From positions 320,001 to 384,000 of the forward strand of contig CAXXWQ010000002.1 in NCBI GenBank assembly GCA_963674945.2: 64,000 bases of DNA, in the 5' to 3' direction. Shown here piece by piece: positions 1 through 10,875 of the stretch. Source of the DNA: an uncultured Desulfosarcina sp. (GTDB lineage: Bacteria > Desulfobacterota > Desulfobacteria > Desulfobacterales > Desulfosarcinaceae). The notes under the pieces were generated by a model, which saw nothing but the letters and a program-made list of their open reading frames with translations, ran no database searches and was not told where the DNA came from. Numbering within the stretch: position 1 is the first letter of the stretch; the number at the start of each line of letters is the position of its first letter. Position numbers and translations under genes: made by a program.

Positions 1-1071
1 TTTGCGATAGATGGGGCGAAGCAGGTCGAGGTACTCGATGATGGCCGCCGGCCTCAGATCAAACACCTCCTTGACGATCTCTTCCACACGTTCCTTGGGG
101 ACTTTGCCCGTGTGCATGAGATCGATCATGACCGACACCGGCTCCGCCACACCGATGGCATAGGCGATCTGAACTTCGCACTTGTTGGCCAGACCGGCTG
201 CCACGATGTTCTTGGCCACATGACGCCCCATGTAGGAGGCACTGCGGTCCACCTTGGAAGGATCCTTACCCGAAAAACAGCCGCCACCGTGGCTGCCCTG
301 TCCGCCATAGGTGTCGACGATGATCTTTCGTCCCGTGAGTCCGCAGTCTCCCATGGGGCCACCTACCACGAATCGTCCCGTCGGATTGATGAAATAGCGG
401 GTGTCGCCATCGATCATCTCCCTGGGGATGACCTTCTTGATCACCTCTTCGATGATTGCCTCCCGAAGGTCTTCGTGGGTGACGTCCGGTTTGTGCTGGC
501 TGGATACCACGATGGTGTCCACCCGGGCGGGCTGGCCGTCATGATATTCGATGGTAACCTGGGATTTTCCATCGGGCCGGAGAAAATCCAGTGCGCCGTT
601 TTTTCGCACCTGGGTCAACCGCTTGGTGAGTTTATGTGCGTACATGATGGGCATGGGCATCAATTCGGGTGTTTCGTCCGTGGCAAAACCAAACATCAGC
701 CCCTGGTCTCCGGCGCCCTGGTCCTTGAACAGGCCCTGGCCAACGGTCACCCCCTGTGAGATGTCCGGGCTTTGGTGGTCGATGCTGGTAATCACCGAGC
801 AGGTACGCCAGTCGAATCCCATCTGGGAAGAGTGGTAGCCGATATCTTTAATGGTATCCCTGACGATCTGGGGCATGTCCACGTAGCACTCGGTGGTAAT
901 TTCACCGGCGATAAAGGCCAAGCCGGTGGTGACGAGTGTCTCACAGGCGACGCGGCATCCTTTATCCTGGGCCATGATGGAATCGAGAATGGAATCGGAA
1001 ATGGCATCGGCGACCTTGTCCGGATGTCCCTCGGTAACCGATTCAGAGGTAAACAGAAATCTGTTGGTCAT
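1..1071 (-). CDS. metK: S-adenosylmethionine synthetase (3' end runs off the window)
   Basis: Manual minus-strand translation from ATG at 1071 gives [30 protein letters not shown]...[13 protein letters not shown], the MetK N-terminal signature; AGGAG RBS upstream. Confidence 0.97.
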   Translation of the reverse strand, partial: MTNRFLFTSESVTEGHPDKVADAISDSILDSIMAQDKGCRVACETLVTTGLAFIAGEITTECYVDMPQIVRDTIKDIGYHSSQMGFDWRTCSVITSIDHQSPDISQGVTVGQGLFKDQGAGDQGLMFGFATDETPELMPMPIMYAHKLTKRLTQVRKNGALDFLRPDGKSQVTIEYHDGQPARVDTIVVSSQHKPDVTHEDLREAIIEEVIKKVIPREMIDGDTRYFINPTGRFVVGGPMGDCGLTGRKIIVDTYGGQGSHGGGCFSGKDPSKVDRSASYMGRHVAKNIVAAGLANKCEVQIAYAIGVAEPVSVMIDLMHTGKVPKERVEEIVKEVFDLRPAAIIEYLDLLRPIYRK

Positions 1072-1093
1072 GTAGGCTCTCCTTTATGAATTA

Positions 1094-1732
1094 TCATTTA
1101 TCAGCTGCGGATGTGTTCTCCTTATCTTTCACCATACTGCAGACCATGTCCCGTGCCGCCTTTAGATTCACCCGGCCCATATTGACAACGAGGTGATACA
1201 GCCGTGGATCCTCATAATCGGTCTTCCCCAGCCGTTTAAAGAGGTTGGCCCGTCTGCGGTCTTCACTGTTCACCACCCGTTCCGCTTTTTTCCGGTCCAT
1301 GCCGTAGCTGTTTATCAGGAACTGAATACGGTTCTCAAGTTCGTTTACCAACAGGATATGAACCGCGTCGGGGTGGTCGTTGAGAATGTACTGGCTGCCC
1401 CTTCCCAGGATCACCACATCTCCCTCATCAGCAAATTGGGCGATGATCAGCACCAGATAGTCCAAATAGATTTTTTCGTCAAGGTATCCCCGTTCATCAC
1501 CGAGGATCCGGTCTACCAGGTGTTTGGAGATCATGCTGGAGACCAATCGGGTCAGTTTGCTACCGGCCTCCTTTTCGAAGGATTCGACCCAGTTGGTCGA
1601 TACATTGGCCTCCTTGGCTACGCGTTGGATGATATCGCTATCGGCAAAGGTGTACCCCAGCTCTTCGGCAATCATTTTCCCGAGGGAGACACCCCCTGCG
1701 CCGAACTGCCTCGATATGGTTATAACCGCCAT
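1094..1732 (-). CDS. Cytidylate kinase-like family protein
   Basis: VITISRQFGAGG P-loop variant, VILGRG and YHLVVN motifs. Confidence 0.85.
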   Translation of the reverse strand: MAVITISRQFGAGGVSLGKMIAEELGYTFADSDIIQRVAKEANVSTNWVESFEKEAGSKLTRLVSSMISKHLVDRILGDERGYLDEKIYLDYLVLIIAQFADEGDVVILGRGSQYILNDHPDAVHILLVNELENRIQFLINSYGMDRKKAERVVNSEDRRRANLFKRLGKTDYEDPRLYHLVVNMGRVNLKAARDMVCSMVKDKENTSAADK

Positions 1733-1777
1733 TTACGCCTCCTCAATATCATTGCAGGTTATAAGATCCTTACCATG

Positions 1778-2671
1778 CTATAACGCTTTGCTATCGTTTG
1801 TCGGGGGAGGGATGAGCAGGACCGGAAATACAGATTTTTCCACGAGTGCTTTGCCGATACTCGTTCCCCACCGGTCTCTCCACAAGTTTTTTTTCGGGGA
1901 ACCGGCGATAATCATGGAAGATTGGCACTCTCTGGCGGCTTTGTCAATTTCCGTAACCGTATCACCGATATAAACATGGGGTTTTGCCAAAATGCCGAAA
2001 TCTTCCAGGTCGTCACACAGGGCATCGAGTTTTTTCCGATTTTCCCTTCGGGTTTTTTGGATGGCCATGGCGGACGTCTCTTTCAGGTCCTTTTCGCTGG
2101 CAACATAGCAGACATCGACCCGCTGAATCACCTCTTTGAGGGGTTTGATGTATTCAATCGCAAGCGTATCGGATGCGGTCCAATTCGTTGCCAAAAGCGG
2201 TTTTTCGAAGGGATTTTCCGCAAGCGGCCCCTTTCGGTAAAGATACTTGTAGACCAGGACGGGGGTGGCGGAGCGGCGCACGATTTCGGTGATGTCGGAA
2301 CCCGAATAGAGCTGTTCGAGCTTTCCTTTTTTCTCCGGACTCAAAACGATGAGGTCCACCGACTCCTTCTCTGCAGCCTGAATGACCTGGCTGGCGAACT
2401 GCCCCACAACGATATAGACGCCAACTTCCATGCCTTGTTCGAAAAGGGTCTCCGCCCAGTCGATGAAGCGGATGTTGGCCTTTTCCCGCAGCCGTATCTC
2501 GGCACTTTTCTCATACCCTTTGCCCCGCCGCATGGCCACTTTTTCCCGGTCGATGATATTCAGAAAGACCACGTGGTTGAGGGAGGCCTTTCTCAGGTCC
2601 ATCAGAGACTGAAGTGCATCAAATCTGAGCTTGTCAAACCGGGTGACAAACAGCAGTTTTTCGATCTCCAT
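1778..2671 (-). CDS. Universal stress protein (tandem USP domains)
   Basis: Two USP-like halves: DLIVL...GSDITEIVRRSATPVLV and MIIAGS...KSVFPVLLIP. Confidence 0.85.
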   Translation of the reverse strand: MEIEKLLFVTRFDKLRFDALQSLMDLRKASLNHVVFLNIIDREKVAMRRGKGYEKSAEIRLREKANIRFIDWAETLFEQGMEVGVYIVVGQFASQVIQAAEKESVDLIVLSPEKKGKLEQLYSGSDITEIVRRSATPVLVYKYLYRKGPLAENPFEKPLLATNWTASDTLAIEYIKPLKEVIQRVDVCYVASEKDLKETSAMAIQKTRRENRKKLDALCDDLEDFGILAKPHVYIGDTVTEIDKAARECQSSMIIAGSPKKNLWRDRWGTSIGKALVEKSVFPVLLIPPPTNDSKAL

Positions 2672-2725
2672 GTTTCCCCATCCTTACCGCCCAAGCAGAT
2701 GATTGCAGCTTTTCCATGCCGCCAT

Positions 2726-3118
2726 CTAGCCGATTAGTTTCTTGATTTCACCGGCGAGTTCTTCCGGCTCGACGGGTTTTTCCAAATAGACATCCGGTTC
2801 GGGAACCGGTTTGTCTCCGAATTCCGTCAGCGCTTTCTGGGAACGCAAGAAGGTACGCTTGGCAACGCCGGAAAGGATGATCACCGGAATGCCCATCAAG
2901 GTCTTATCCGTCTTCAACTCCCGGTAGAGTCGAATACCGCTCTGTTTGGGCATCAAGACATCCAGTACCACGAGGTCCGGCGGGTCCTTTTTTATAATAT
3001 TCAACCCCTCTTCACCGTTCGCCGCTTCCACCGGTGTATAGCCATTCTCTTCAACGACGGTGGAGTTAAACATCCGTACATCCGGATCGTCGTCGACAAT
3101 CAACACTTTCTTACTCAT
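2726..3118 (-). CDS. Single-domain response regulator
   Basis: KKVLIVDDD, DLVVLDVLMP, YLEKP receiver motifs. Confidence 0.93.
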   Translation of the reverse strand: MSKKVLIVDDDPDVRMFNSTVVEENGYTPVEAANGEEGLNIIKKDPPDLVVLDVLMPKQSGIRLYRELKTDKTLMGIPVIILSGVAKRTFLRSQKALTEFGDKPVPEPDVYLEKPVEPEELAGEIKKLIG

Positions 3119-3209
3119 GAGTATCCTCCTTTTCGGGGCATCCTGTCTTATAACCTTCTTTCATCGTTTGATAAATAGTAGGCAACGGTTTTGCTTTCGG
3201 GTTTACAAA

Positions 3210-6200
3210 TCAAAGGGATACCGAATTTTCTTCTTCGTGGGCAATGGGAAACCGAAGCGTGAATGTGGTTCCCGCACCTTCGGTTGAGACGACATCGATC
3301 GTGCCCTTGTGCTCTTCCATCAGTTTGGCCGTGACCAACAGACCGAGTCCCGTTCCCTTTACCCCCTTCGTGCTGAAAAAGGAGGTGAACAGCTTGTCCT
3401 TGACCTCTTCCGACATGCCGGAACCGTTGTCCGATATATCGAAACGGATGATTTCGTCCCCCTCCCGTTCGGTGGTAACGGTCACCGTGTGCGCTTTGTC
3501 CATGTTCGGATCGAAGATACATGCATCGATGGCATTCGTCACCATATTCAATAAACAGCGGTGGACCGTGCGCGGGTCCATCATCATCGGTGCAATCTTA
3601 TCAGAAAATTGTTTGATCAGGGAGACATCGTTCTCTTTGGCCACGTTTTCCATCAGTTCGCAAACATCGTCTGCGATTTCGTTCGGATGGACCAGTTCGA
3701 ATTCGGGCACCCGTTCCTTGGAGTAAGAGAGCAGGTCCATGACCAGGTCCGAGGTCCGGGAGATGTTGCGCTGGATCATCTGCCACCCGTTCTTCAGCTT
3801 TTCGGTGTCGTCCCGTTTCAATCCAACGTCCATCAGAAAGCTGCCGCCTTTGAATCCATGGAGGATATTCTTGATGCAATGGGCCATGCCGGCAACGGTC
3901 TGGCCCACGGCCGCCAATCTTTCGCTGTTGACCAGTTCTCTCTCCAGCCGTTTGATTTCCCGCAGATCCTGGAAAAAGGCCACGGTACCCATCATTTTCC
4001 GTCTTTCACGGAGTACGGATCCGGATACGCGAACGGGGATGGTCTCTCCACTGCAGGAGGTGACTTCGGTCTCCGTCCAGGCAAGGGTGTCGCTGTCGTC
4101 ACCGTCCAGTCCGGTACGCCCAAGTGTTTCCTGCACCCATTGGGGCAGATAGTCCCGGGCATCCTTTCGTTCCACCACGTCTTCGCTGCAATAGCCGAAG
4201 ATGTGCTCTGCAGCGGGGTTGAAGATGACGGTGTTCCACTGGTCGTCCGTGGCGATGATGCCGTCACGGGCGCTTTTGATCAGTTTTGATTGGAAATTGG
4301 ATTGTCGAACGATCTCCTCCTGCAACAGGGCGTTTTCCATAGTGGCGCCGATCCGGTTGCCCACCAGATCCAACAGGTGCAGTTCCTCGGACGAGAAGCG
4401 TTGGGTATCCCTCTCGACGCGCATCACGCCCAATCCTTTGCTCTCCTTGGCGCTGATGGGAATATAGGCGAAGGTTGGAAAGGTTTTGTCTCGATTATCG
4501 GTAAGTTGGCCCTGGTGATCGCCCTCACTGTAAACGACGGGTTTATCGGTTCGCAAAACCTTTCGCATGATTTCCGTTTCCGCTTCGGGACCGGCCTGAC
4601 CGTACCCCGGCGCGGCATAGCAGGCGTTGAAATAGCGAAGGTCGAACCGCTCCTGGTCTTCCGACATATACAGGCAGACACTGTCCGCCTTCATAAAGTC
4701 GCGGATCTCCAATACGGCCTCTTCGATGCGTTCTGTCAGGGGATGTTGGGTGTTGAGGGCCGTGTAGATGGAATACAATGTGGTGAGTTCCCGGTTGCGC
4801 CAGATCTGCTCTTCCTCCGCCTGTTTGGACGCGGTGGTGTCCAGCAATGTCTCGATGGCGCCGATGACGGTTCCATCGGCGGCCTTGATGGGTGCCGCGG
4901 TGAACCAGCACCATCGGCCACCGGAGCCCAGTTTGGCAAAAAAAATTTCAGCCTCGTACCCACCTTCGATCAGTTTGGATTCTTTCCACTTTCCGCCGAA
5001 AAGATCCCAAAACTCCTGTTCGTTCTTCTGGTCCAGGATCAGGTCCGCCATGGTCGGGCGCTTTGTGTCCCAAAAAGGAGCCCATTGTCGATTGGTACCC
5101 ACCATGTCGGAAGATGGGTGACCGGTGAGGTTCTCCAATGCCTGGTTCCAGTGGGTGATCACATGATCCTGATTGATGACGAACGTTGGAATTGTGCTGC
5201 CTTGAATGATCTGGGACAGCGTCCGCTGGTTCTCTTCCAGTTTGCGGGTGTATTGCTGGCGGTCGGCTTCGGCCCGTTTCTTTTCCGTGTTGTCCCAAAA
5301 TGTTTCGATGGCGCCGATGACGGTTCCATCGGCAGCCTTGATGGGTGCCGCGGTGAACCAGCACCATCGGCCACCGGAGCCCAGTTTGGGGAAGAAGTTT
5401 TCCGCTTCGTAGGCACCTTCGATGATTTCGGACTTTTTCCACTTGCCGCCGTATAGATCCCACACTTCCTGGTCGCTTTTTTGATCCAGAATCACATCGG
5501 CCATACTCGGGCGTTCGGTCTCATAGAAGGGGACCCATTGGCGGTTGGTGCCGATCATCTGGGGCGCGGTGTAATCGGTCAGTAACTCCAGGGCCCTGTT
5601 CCAGTGGGTGATGACGTGATCCTGGTTGATGACGAATGTGGGAACGGTGCTTCCCTGGATGATTTGGGCCAGGGTTCTGCGACTCTCCTCCAGTTCCCGA
5701 TTATGGCGCAGGCGCTGGGCATCGCTTTCTTTCTTCCCGGTGGTGTCCCAGAAGGTTTCGATGGCACCGATGACGCCGCCATCGGTGGCGCGGATGGGGG
5801 CTGCGGTGAAAAAAAGCCATTTCCCCCCGGAGCCCAGTTTGGGGAAAAAGAGTTCGGCTTCATAGGCACCGTCGATGAGTTCGGATTTTCTCCACTTGCC
5901 GCCGTAAAGCTCCCACACCTCCTGTTCACTTCGTTGCTCCAGGATCACATCGGCCATGGATGGACGCTGTTTATCCCAGAAGGGTACCCACTGGTTGCGC
6001 GTTCCTACCATCTTGGTGGACAAATAGCCGGTCAATTTCTCCAGGGCCCTGTTCCAGTGGGTGATAACATGGTCCTGATTCAGGACAAAGGTGGGGATGG
6101 TGCTGCCCTGGATGATCTGGGTAAGCTGGTTTTCACTTTCTTCGATGCGAGTCAGGTCGCGGCGATGTTCGGCTTCCTTCCGTTTTTTATCGGTGATGTC

Positions 6201-7997
6201 CCAAAGGGTTTCGATGGCCCCCACCAATGACCCGTCGGAGGCCTTGATGGGAGCGGCCGTGAAGGTCAGCCATCGGCCGTTTTCGCCGAGATGTTCGAAA
6301 AACTCCTCGGCCTCGTAGGCACCGTCCACCAGAGACGACGGCCGCCAACTGGCGCCGTAATACTGGCTGATCTCACCGGTCTCCAACTGGTCGAGGATCA
6401 TGTCCGCCATGATCGGCCGGGCCTTGCTTCGAAACGGCTTCCAGTGGTGGTTGGTTCCCACCATTTCACTGGTGGAATAACCGGTGAGTTTTTCCAGAGC
6501 CCTGTTCCAATGGGTGACGATGTGGTTACGGTTGATGACGAAGGTGGGAACCGTGCTTCCCTGGATGATTTGTGACAGGGTCTGCTCGGTCTCCTCCAAC
6601 TCCTTGACGTGGCGACGGCTTTCCGTTTCCGCCCGTTTCTTTTCGGTTGTATCCCAAAGGGTTTCCATGGCTCCCACCACGGTGCCATCGGCGGTCTTCA
6701 ACGGGCTTGCCGTAAACCAGCACCACCTTCCCTTTCTTCCGAGTTTCGGGAAAAACGTTTCGGCCTCATACGCGTCCTCGACGAGGCTGGATTTTCGCCA
6801 GTGGTTACCGTAGAGATCCCGGATCTCATCCTCGCCGATCTGTTCCATGATCACGTCGGCCATGGAGGGGCGTTCGCTGTCCCAAAAGGGCTCCCACTGA
6901 CGCCGTGTACCGACCATGCGGGCCGCCGGATATCCCGTCAGTTTTTCCAGGGCCGGATTCCAGTGGGTAATTACATGATTCCGATCGAGAACGAAGGTGG
7001 GAATGGTGCTGGCCTGGATGATCTGGGACAGGGTTCGCTCACTCTCCTCGATGCGGCGAATGTGTTTGCGGCGCTCCACATCGGCCCGCTGGTTTTCGGT
7101 ATTGTCCCAGATGGTCTCGATGGCACCGATGATGGCGCCATTGGAGGCGCGAATGGGAGCGGCGGTAAAGAAAAGCCAGCGACCGCCGTCGCCCATATGC
7201 TCGAAAAACTCTTCTGCTTCGAAACCGCCGTTTACCAGGGTGGAAATCCGCCATTTGGAACCATAGTAATGGTCGATTTCCCCGGTCTCCAGCTGGTCGA
7301 GAATCACGTCTGCCATAATCGGACGCTCTTTTCGGCGAAACGGCTTCCAGTGGTCCCGGGTGCCGATCATGGATTCGGCCGCGTATCCGGTCAACTCCTC
7401 CAGGGCATGGTTCCAGTGGGTGACGACATGGTCGCGGTTGATGACGAAGGTGGGAATGGTGCTTCCCTGGATAATCTGGCTCAGGGTCTTTTCGTTTTCA
7501 TACAATTCCGTTTCGATCTGTTTGAACCGACGGTTTCGGTGCATCAGGATGTCTGCTGTCTGTCGGAAGGCGTCGTGGAGCCGCTGCGTTACCGTTTCAA
7601 CGGTAAGGGACGATTCATCCAGAAGATCCAGGGTGTTCTGACGGATGGTTTCGAGTTGCAGCAGATCCCACAGAAAACGTGAATCCTGGTGATCGATCAA
7701 TTCCACCTGTGAGGGTTTGAATCGGGATATGGACCTTGCCAGATCGAGGTCCCAGGTCACTTCGACAATGGTCTCCAACCCCTCCAGCCGGCAGATTTCG
7801 CGCCAGTTGCGGAAGGTCGGAATATTCATGGAACGGGCGTAGACCATGCCCGGAGCGTCTTCATTGAGATCGGCGACACCGAGAACTGTTGGATGGCGGC
7901 CGGAAAATGGCGCGCCGAGCAGGTGGCGGAGCAACTTGTCACAAAACCGGCCGCCACCGACGATGGAGATTTTCGCATTTTCAATATTTCGGATCAT
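3210..7997 (-). CDS. Sensor histidine kinase with N-terminal Rossmann-like domain, six tandem PAS repeats, GAF-like domain, further PAS, HisKA and HATPase
   Basis: Six SQIIQGSTIPTFV..DHVITHWN repeats; H-box AGMAHCIKNIL; DNGSGM and GTGLGL boxes. Confidence 0.93.
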   Translation of the reverse strand: MIRNIENAKISIVGGGRFCDKLLRHLLGAPFSGRHPTVLGVADLNEDAPGMVYARSMNIPTFRNWREICRLEGLETIVEVTWDLDLARSISRFKPSQVELIDHQDSRFLWDLLQLETIRQNTLDLLDESSLTVETVTQRLHDAFRQTADILMHRNRRFKQIETELYENEKTLSQIIQGSTIPTFVINRDHVVTHWNHALEELTGYAAESMIGTRDHWKPFRRKERPIMADVILDQLETGEIDHYYGSKWRISTLVNGGFEAEEFFEHMGDGGRWLFFTAAPIRASNGAIIGAIETIWDNTENQRADVERRKHIRRIEESERTLSQIIQASTIPTFVLDRNHVITHWNPALEKLTGYPAARMVGTRRQWEPFWDSERPSMADVIMEQIGEDEIRDLYGNHWRKSSLVEDAYEAETFFPKLGRKGRWCWFTASPLKTADGTVVGAMETLWDTTEKKRAETESRRHVKELEETEQTLSQIIQGSTVPTFVINRNHIVTHWNRALEKLTGYSTSEMVGTNHHWKPFRSKARPIMADMILDQLETGEISQYYGASWRPSSLVDGAYEAEEFFEHLGENGRWLTFTAAPIKASDGSLVGAIETLWDITDKKRKEAEHRRDLTRIEESENQLTQIIQGSTIPTFVLNQDHVITHWNRALEKLTGYLSTKMVGTRNQWVPFWDKQRPSMADVILEQRSEQEVWELYGGKWRKSELIDGAYEAELFFPKLGSGGKWLFFTAAPIRATDGGVIGAIETFWDTTGKKESDAQRLRHNRELEESRRTLAQIIQGSTVPTFVINQDHVITHWNRALELLTDYTAPQMIGTNRQWVPFYETERPSMADVILDQKSDQEVWDLYGGKWKKSEIIEGAYEAENFFPKLGSGGRWCWFTAAPIKAADGTVIGAIETFWDNTEKKRAEADRQQYTRKLEENQRTLSQIIQGSTIPTFVINQDHVITHWNQALENLTGHPSSDMVGTNRQWAPFWDTKRPTMADLILDQKNEQEFWDLFGGKWKESKLIEGGYEAEIFFAKLGSGGRWCWFTAAPIKAADGTVIGAIETLLDTTASKQAEEEQIWRNRELTTLYSIYTALNTQHPLTERIEEAVLEIRDFMKADSVCLYMSEDQERFDLRYFNACYAAPGYGQAGPEAETEIMRKVLRTDKPVVYSEGDHQGQLTDNRDKTFPTFAYIPISAKESKGLGVMRVERDTQRFSSEELHLLDLVGNRIGATMENALLQEEIVRQSNFQSKLIKSARDGIIATDDQWNTVIFNPAAEHIFGYCSEDVVERKDARDYLPQWVQETLGRTGLDGDDSDTLAWTETEVTSCSGETIPVRVSGSVLRERRKMMGTVAFFQDLREIKRLERELVNSERLAAVGQTVAGMAHCIKNILHGFKGGSFLMDVGLKRDDTEKLKNGWQMIQRNISRTSDLVMDLLSYSKERVPEFELVHPNEIADDVCELMENVAKENDVSLIKQFSDKIAPMMMDPRTVHRCLLNMVTNAIDACIFDPNMDKAHTVTVTTEREGDEIIRFDISDNGSGMSEEVKDKLFTSFFSTKGVKGTGLGLLVTAKLMEEHKGTIDVVSTEGAGTTFTLRFPIAHEEENSVSL
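4820..7490 (-). repeat. Six intragenic tandem 453-bp (151-aa) PAS repeats
   Basis: Equivalent positions at about 7482, 7029 and 6576 are 453 bp apart; protein blocks are near-identical. Confidence 0.9.
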
Positions 7998-8039
7998 AAG
8001 GGTTTCCGATCGAACAATGTAATTTTCATCAAGCGTTTA

Positions 8040-8927
8040 TTATGGGACCAATAACACCGGCAGTTCGCTCAACTCGGCGATCCGATGGGAGATGCCTCCC
8101 AGCCAATACTCGTGAAACCAGTCCTTCCCGGTACGTCCCATGACGATCATGGATGCGGAAAATTCGCGTGAAATCCTCAAAATCTCTTCCACGGTTCGTC
8201 CCATGGCCAGGTGACATTCGCCTTCGATGCCGGCGGCATCGATCTGGCGACAGTATTCGGCGAGCCGTTTTTCGCTCTCTTTTTCCAATTGTTGAATCGC
8301 CGTTTGATCCAGGTGCTTGGTTCGCCGGGCTCCCAACACATGGGTGACGATGACCTTTTCCGCCAGCCCTTTCAGGGACAAAGCGGTTTCCAACGCTTTC
8401 CCAGAGGGCTGTGACCAGTCGGTGGCAATAAGGGGACGCTTCCAGATTTGATCATTGGTACGAATCGCCGATTCGCCCTGCCATTCGTAGTGAACGACGT
8501 ATTTGCTCATTATGACCGGTATATCACTGCGGCGAAGGATATCCAAGATATGGGTGCCGACGTAGATTTTTTCAAGGGGCGTCCTTTTTTTTCGTCCAAC
8601 GACGATCAGATCGACATTCTCCTCCTTGGCGATATCCAGGATGAGGGCATTGGGAGCCCCCACTTCGATGCGCTGGCAAAATGAAATCTCCGGATCATCG
8701 ATGGTCCGGATCCAGTCATCGAATGTGACGCGGGCCTTTTCGACAAACCGCTTCTGATCCTCCTTCAACACGCCGCCGTAGGGGACGAAGGCCACATCCT
8801 CTCGGGGAATCACATGGGTCAACACGATTTTTTTCAGGCCCACGGTTTTCAATTCAAGAAAGGACTTCAATGAGTTAAATGCCAATTCCCGAAAACGGGT
8901 GTGAAAAAGCAATGTTTGAAATGGCAT
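8040..8927 (-). CDS. Universal stress protein (tandem USP domains)
   Basis: DLIVVGRK...GTHILDILRRSDIPV and MIVMGRTG...LGGISHRIAELSELPVLLVP. Confidence 0.9.
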   Translation of the reverse strand: MPFQTLLFHTRFRELAFNSLKSFLELKTVGLKKIVLTHVIPREDVAFVPYGGVLKEDQKRFVEKARVTFDDWIRTIDDPEISFCQRIEVGAPNALILDIAKEENVDLIVVGRKKRTPLEKIYVGTHILDILRRSDIPVIMSKYVVHYEWQGESAIRTNDQIWKRPLIATDWSQPSGKALETALSLKGLAEKVIVTHVLGARRTKHLDQTAIQQLEKESEKRLAEYCRQIDAAGIEGECHLAMGRTVEEILRISREFSASMIVMGRTGKDWFHEYWLGGISHRIAELSELPVLLVP

Positions 8928-8942
8928 CGTTTGCCTGCCTCG

Positions 8943-10541
8943 TCAAAAGAAGATCAGGGTTACCACCGCAAAGGACGGCAGCAGAAATACAATCGAATAT
9001 TTCAAAATATAACCGAAAAAGCTGGGCATTGGCGTCCCCGCCTCTTCCGAGATGGACCGGACCATGAAGTTGGGGGCGTTGCCGATATAGCTGAAAGCAC
9101 CGAAGAAAACGGCGCCGGCGGCGATGGCTTCCAGGTACAGGGCCTTTTCCGTCATGAGAAGGGGAACCGCCTGTGCTTCGGCCATGCCCGGGTAATGGCT
9201 TCCCAAGGCCGTATTGAAAAATGTCAGATAGGTGGGGGCGTTGTCCAGAAAACCGGAGAGGGCGCCGGTAACCCAGAAGTAGTGAACCGGCTCCTTTACG
9301 GCGTTGATCAATAATGCCAGCTGGCCGTTGGCACCGGCCTTTAAAAGCAACAGGCACGGAATCATGGTGATGAAGATGCCAACGAACAAATAGGCCACCT
9401 CGATGATGGGAAACCACGTGAAATCATTGTCCTCCCGGATCTCCACGGCCGTTGTGGCCATGGAAAGAAGGCCCATGATGATCAACAGGCCGTCCCGGAC
9501 CCAGTCTTGAACGCCGCGATGGACGCCCATGATGTTGATATGCCCCCAGTCCACCATGCCGCTCATCAACACGGAACCGACGATTCCGATCAAAAAGAGA
9601 AAATTATGGGTGCCCACGAGTTTTAGAGATGATTTTTTCGCCTCATCCGCCGGAACGCGTCCGGTCTCTTTTCGATAGTGATACCAGTCGAGAAAAAAGT
9701 AGACGCAGAGCAGCAGGCCGACGACGGTGAGCATATGGGGCAGGATCTTGAAAGTCCAGAAAAAGGAGACACCGTGCAGGAATCCCAAAAAAAGTGGCGG
9801 ATCTCCCAACGGGGTCAAGGACCCGCCCACGTTGGCCACGAGGAAAATGAAAAAAACCACCATGAAGGTTCGGTTCTTGCGAAAATTGTTGGCCCGCAAA
9901 AGTGGTCGAATCAGGAGCATGGCCGCTCCGGTGGTACCCATCCAGGAGGAAAGGACGGTTCCCAGCAGCATGATGATTACGTTGACCACGGGAGTTCCCC
10001 GAAGGGAGCCTTTCAGCAAAATGCCTCCGGATACGGTGTACAAAGACCACAGCAATATGATGAATGGAACATAGTCGGCCAAAAGGATGTGGATGATTTC
10101 ATACAAGGCCGCTGTCTTGTAAGTGATCAGAAACGGAACGGCCATGGTGGCGGCCCAGAAAGCAGACACCTTTCCGAAGTGGTGGTGCCAGAACTCCGGC
10201 GCTGCCAGGGGAAAAAGGGCGATAGACAGCAGCATGCAGGCAAAGGGAATACAACTCCACAAGGGCAAAATCGGCCCCAGGTCGACATGTCCGTGGTGTC
10301 CTCCCACGGAAGTCGCGTCTTCACCATGTTGTGTCGTGTGGTCTGCGTCCCCATGGGGAGTTGCCGCGGCAACGGCCTTTTGGTGGGAATCGGATCCTTG
10401 TGCCGGCACAAAGGCCCAGGAAGAAGAGGGGGGGGAGGAAACGGCGATGAAAAAAGAAAAAAGCCACAGCGTGATTTTGATCAAGGGGCCACAAGATTTG
10501 TTCATGGGTTGTCCGATCTCCCCCATTGTAACCTGAGCCAA
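8943..10541 (-). CDS. Putative Na+/H+ antiporter (ion transporter superfamily) with His-rich N-terminal segment; start uncertain
   Basis: Many transmembrane segments; ANVGGSLTPLGDPPLFLGFL, LDNAPTY and YIGNAPNFMV motifs. Confidence 0.8.
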   Translation of the reverse strand: MAQVTMGEIGQPMNKSCGPLIKITLWLFSFFIAVSSPPSSSWAFVPAQGSDSHQKAVAAATPHGDADHTTQHGEDATSVGGHHGHVDLGPILPLWSCIPFACMLLSIALFPLAAPEFWHHHFGKVSAFWAATMAVPFLITYKTAALYEIIHILLADYVPFIILLWSLYTVSGGILLKGSLRGTPVVNVIIMLLGTVLSSWMGTTGAAMLLIRPLLRANNFRKNRTFMVVFFIFLVANVGGSLTPLGDPPLFLGFLHGVSFFWTFKILPHMLTVVGLLLCVYFFLDWYHYRKETGRVPADEAKKSSLKLVGTHNFLFLIGIVGSVLMSGMVDWGHINIMGVHRGVQDWVRDGLLIIMGLLSMATTAVEIREDNDFTWFPIIEVAYLFVGIFITMIPCLLLLKAGANGQLALLINAVKEPVHYFWVTGALSGFLDNAPTYLTFFNTALGSHYPGMAEAQAVPLLMTEKALYLEAIAAGAVFFGAFSYIGNAPNFMVRSISEEAGTPMPSFFGYILKYSIVFLLPSFAVVTLIFF

Positions 10542-10875
10542 TGGCGTCCTTCCCCCCTGATGGATACAAAAAAACGTTTCGATGGACCCGATGGGGGCAT
10601 GGACAAGCGTGCAAATCAGGTCAGTCCGTGGATGGAACGAATTGTCGGATGATTCGCAGCGGCGCCTTTTTGTCTTTCGTTCCCGTCGTACATCCAGTAC
10701 AGCAACGAGAAGGGATCTCCATCCACTCCATGATGTTGTATAACTATTAGATATGAAATGAAATGTTTACTTTATAATACGGATTCCGATTTATTGTCAA
10801 CCGGTTTGACAAGGGTGGCGGATTGTGAAATTTACGAATCGTTTTGGAAAGAAAAATCGATATGGGAGAAATAAA

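Noticed and set aside
112..1089. Plus-strand ORFs 112-759 and 772-1089, and similar long antisense ORFs across the window
   Set aside because: Shadow frames of metK and other recognisable genes in GC-rich coding DNA
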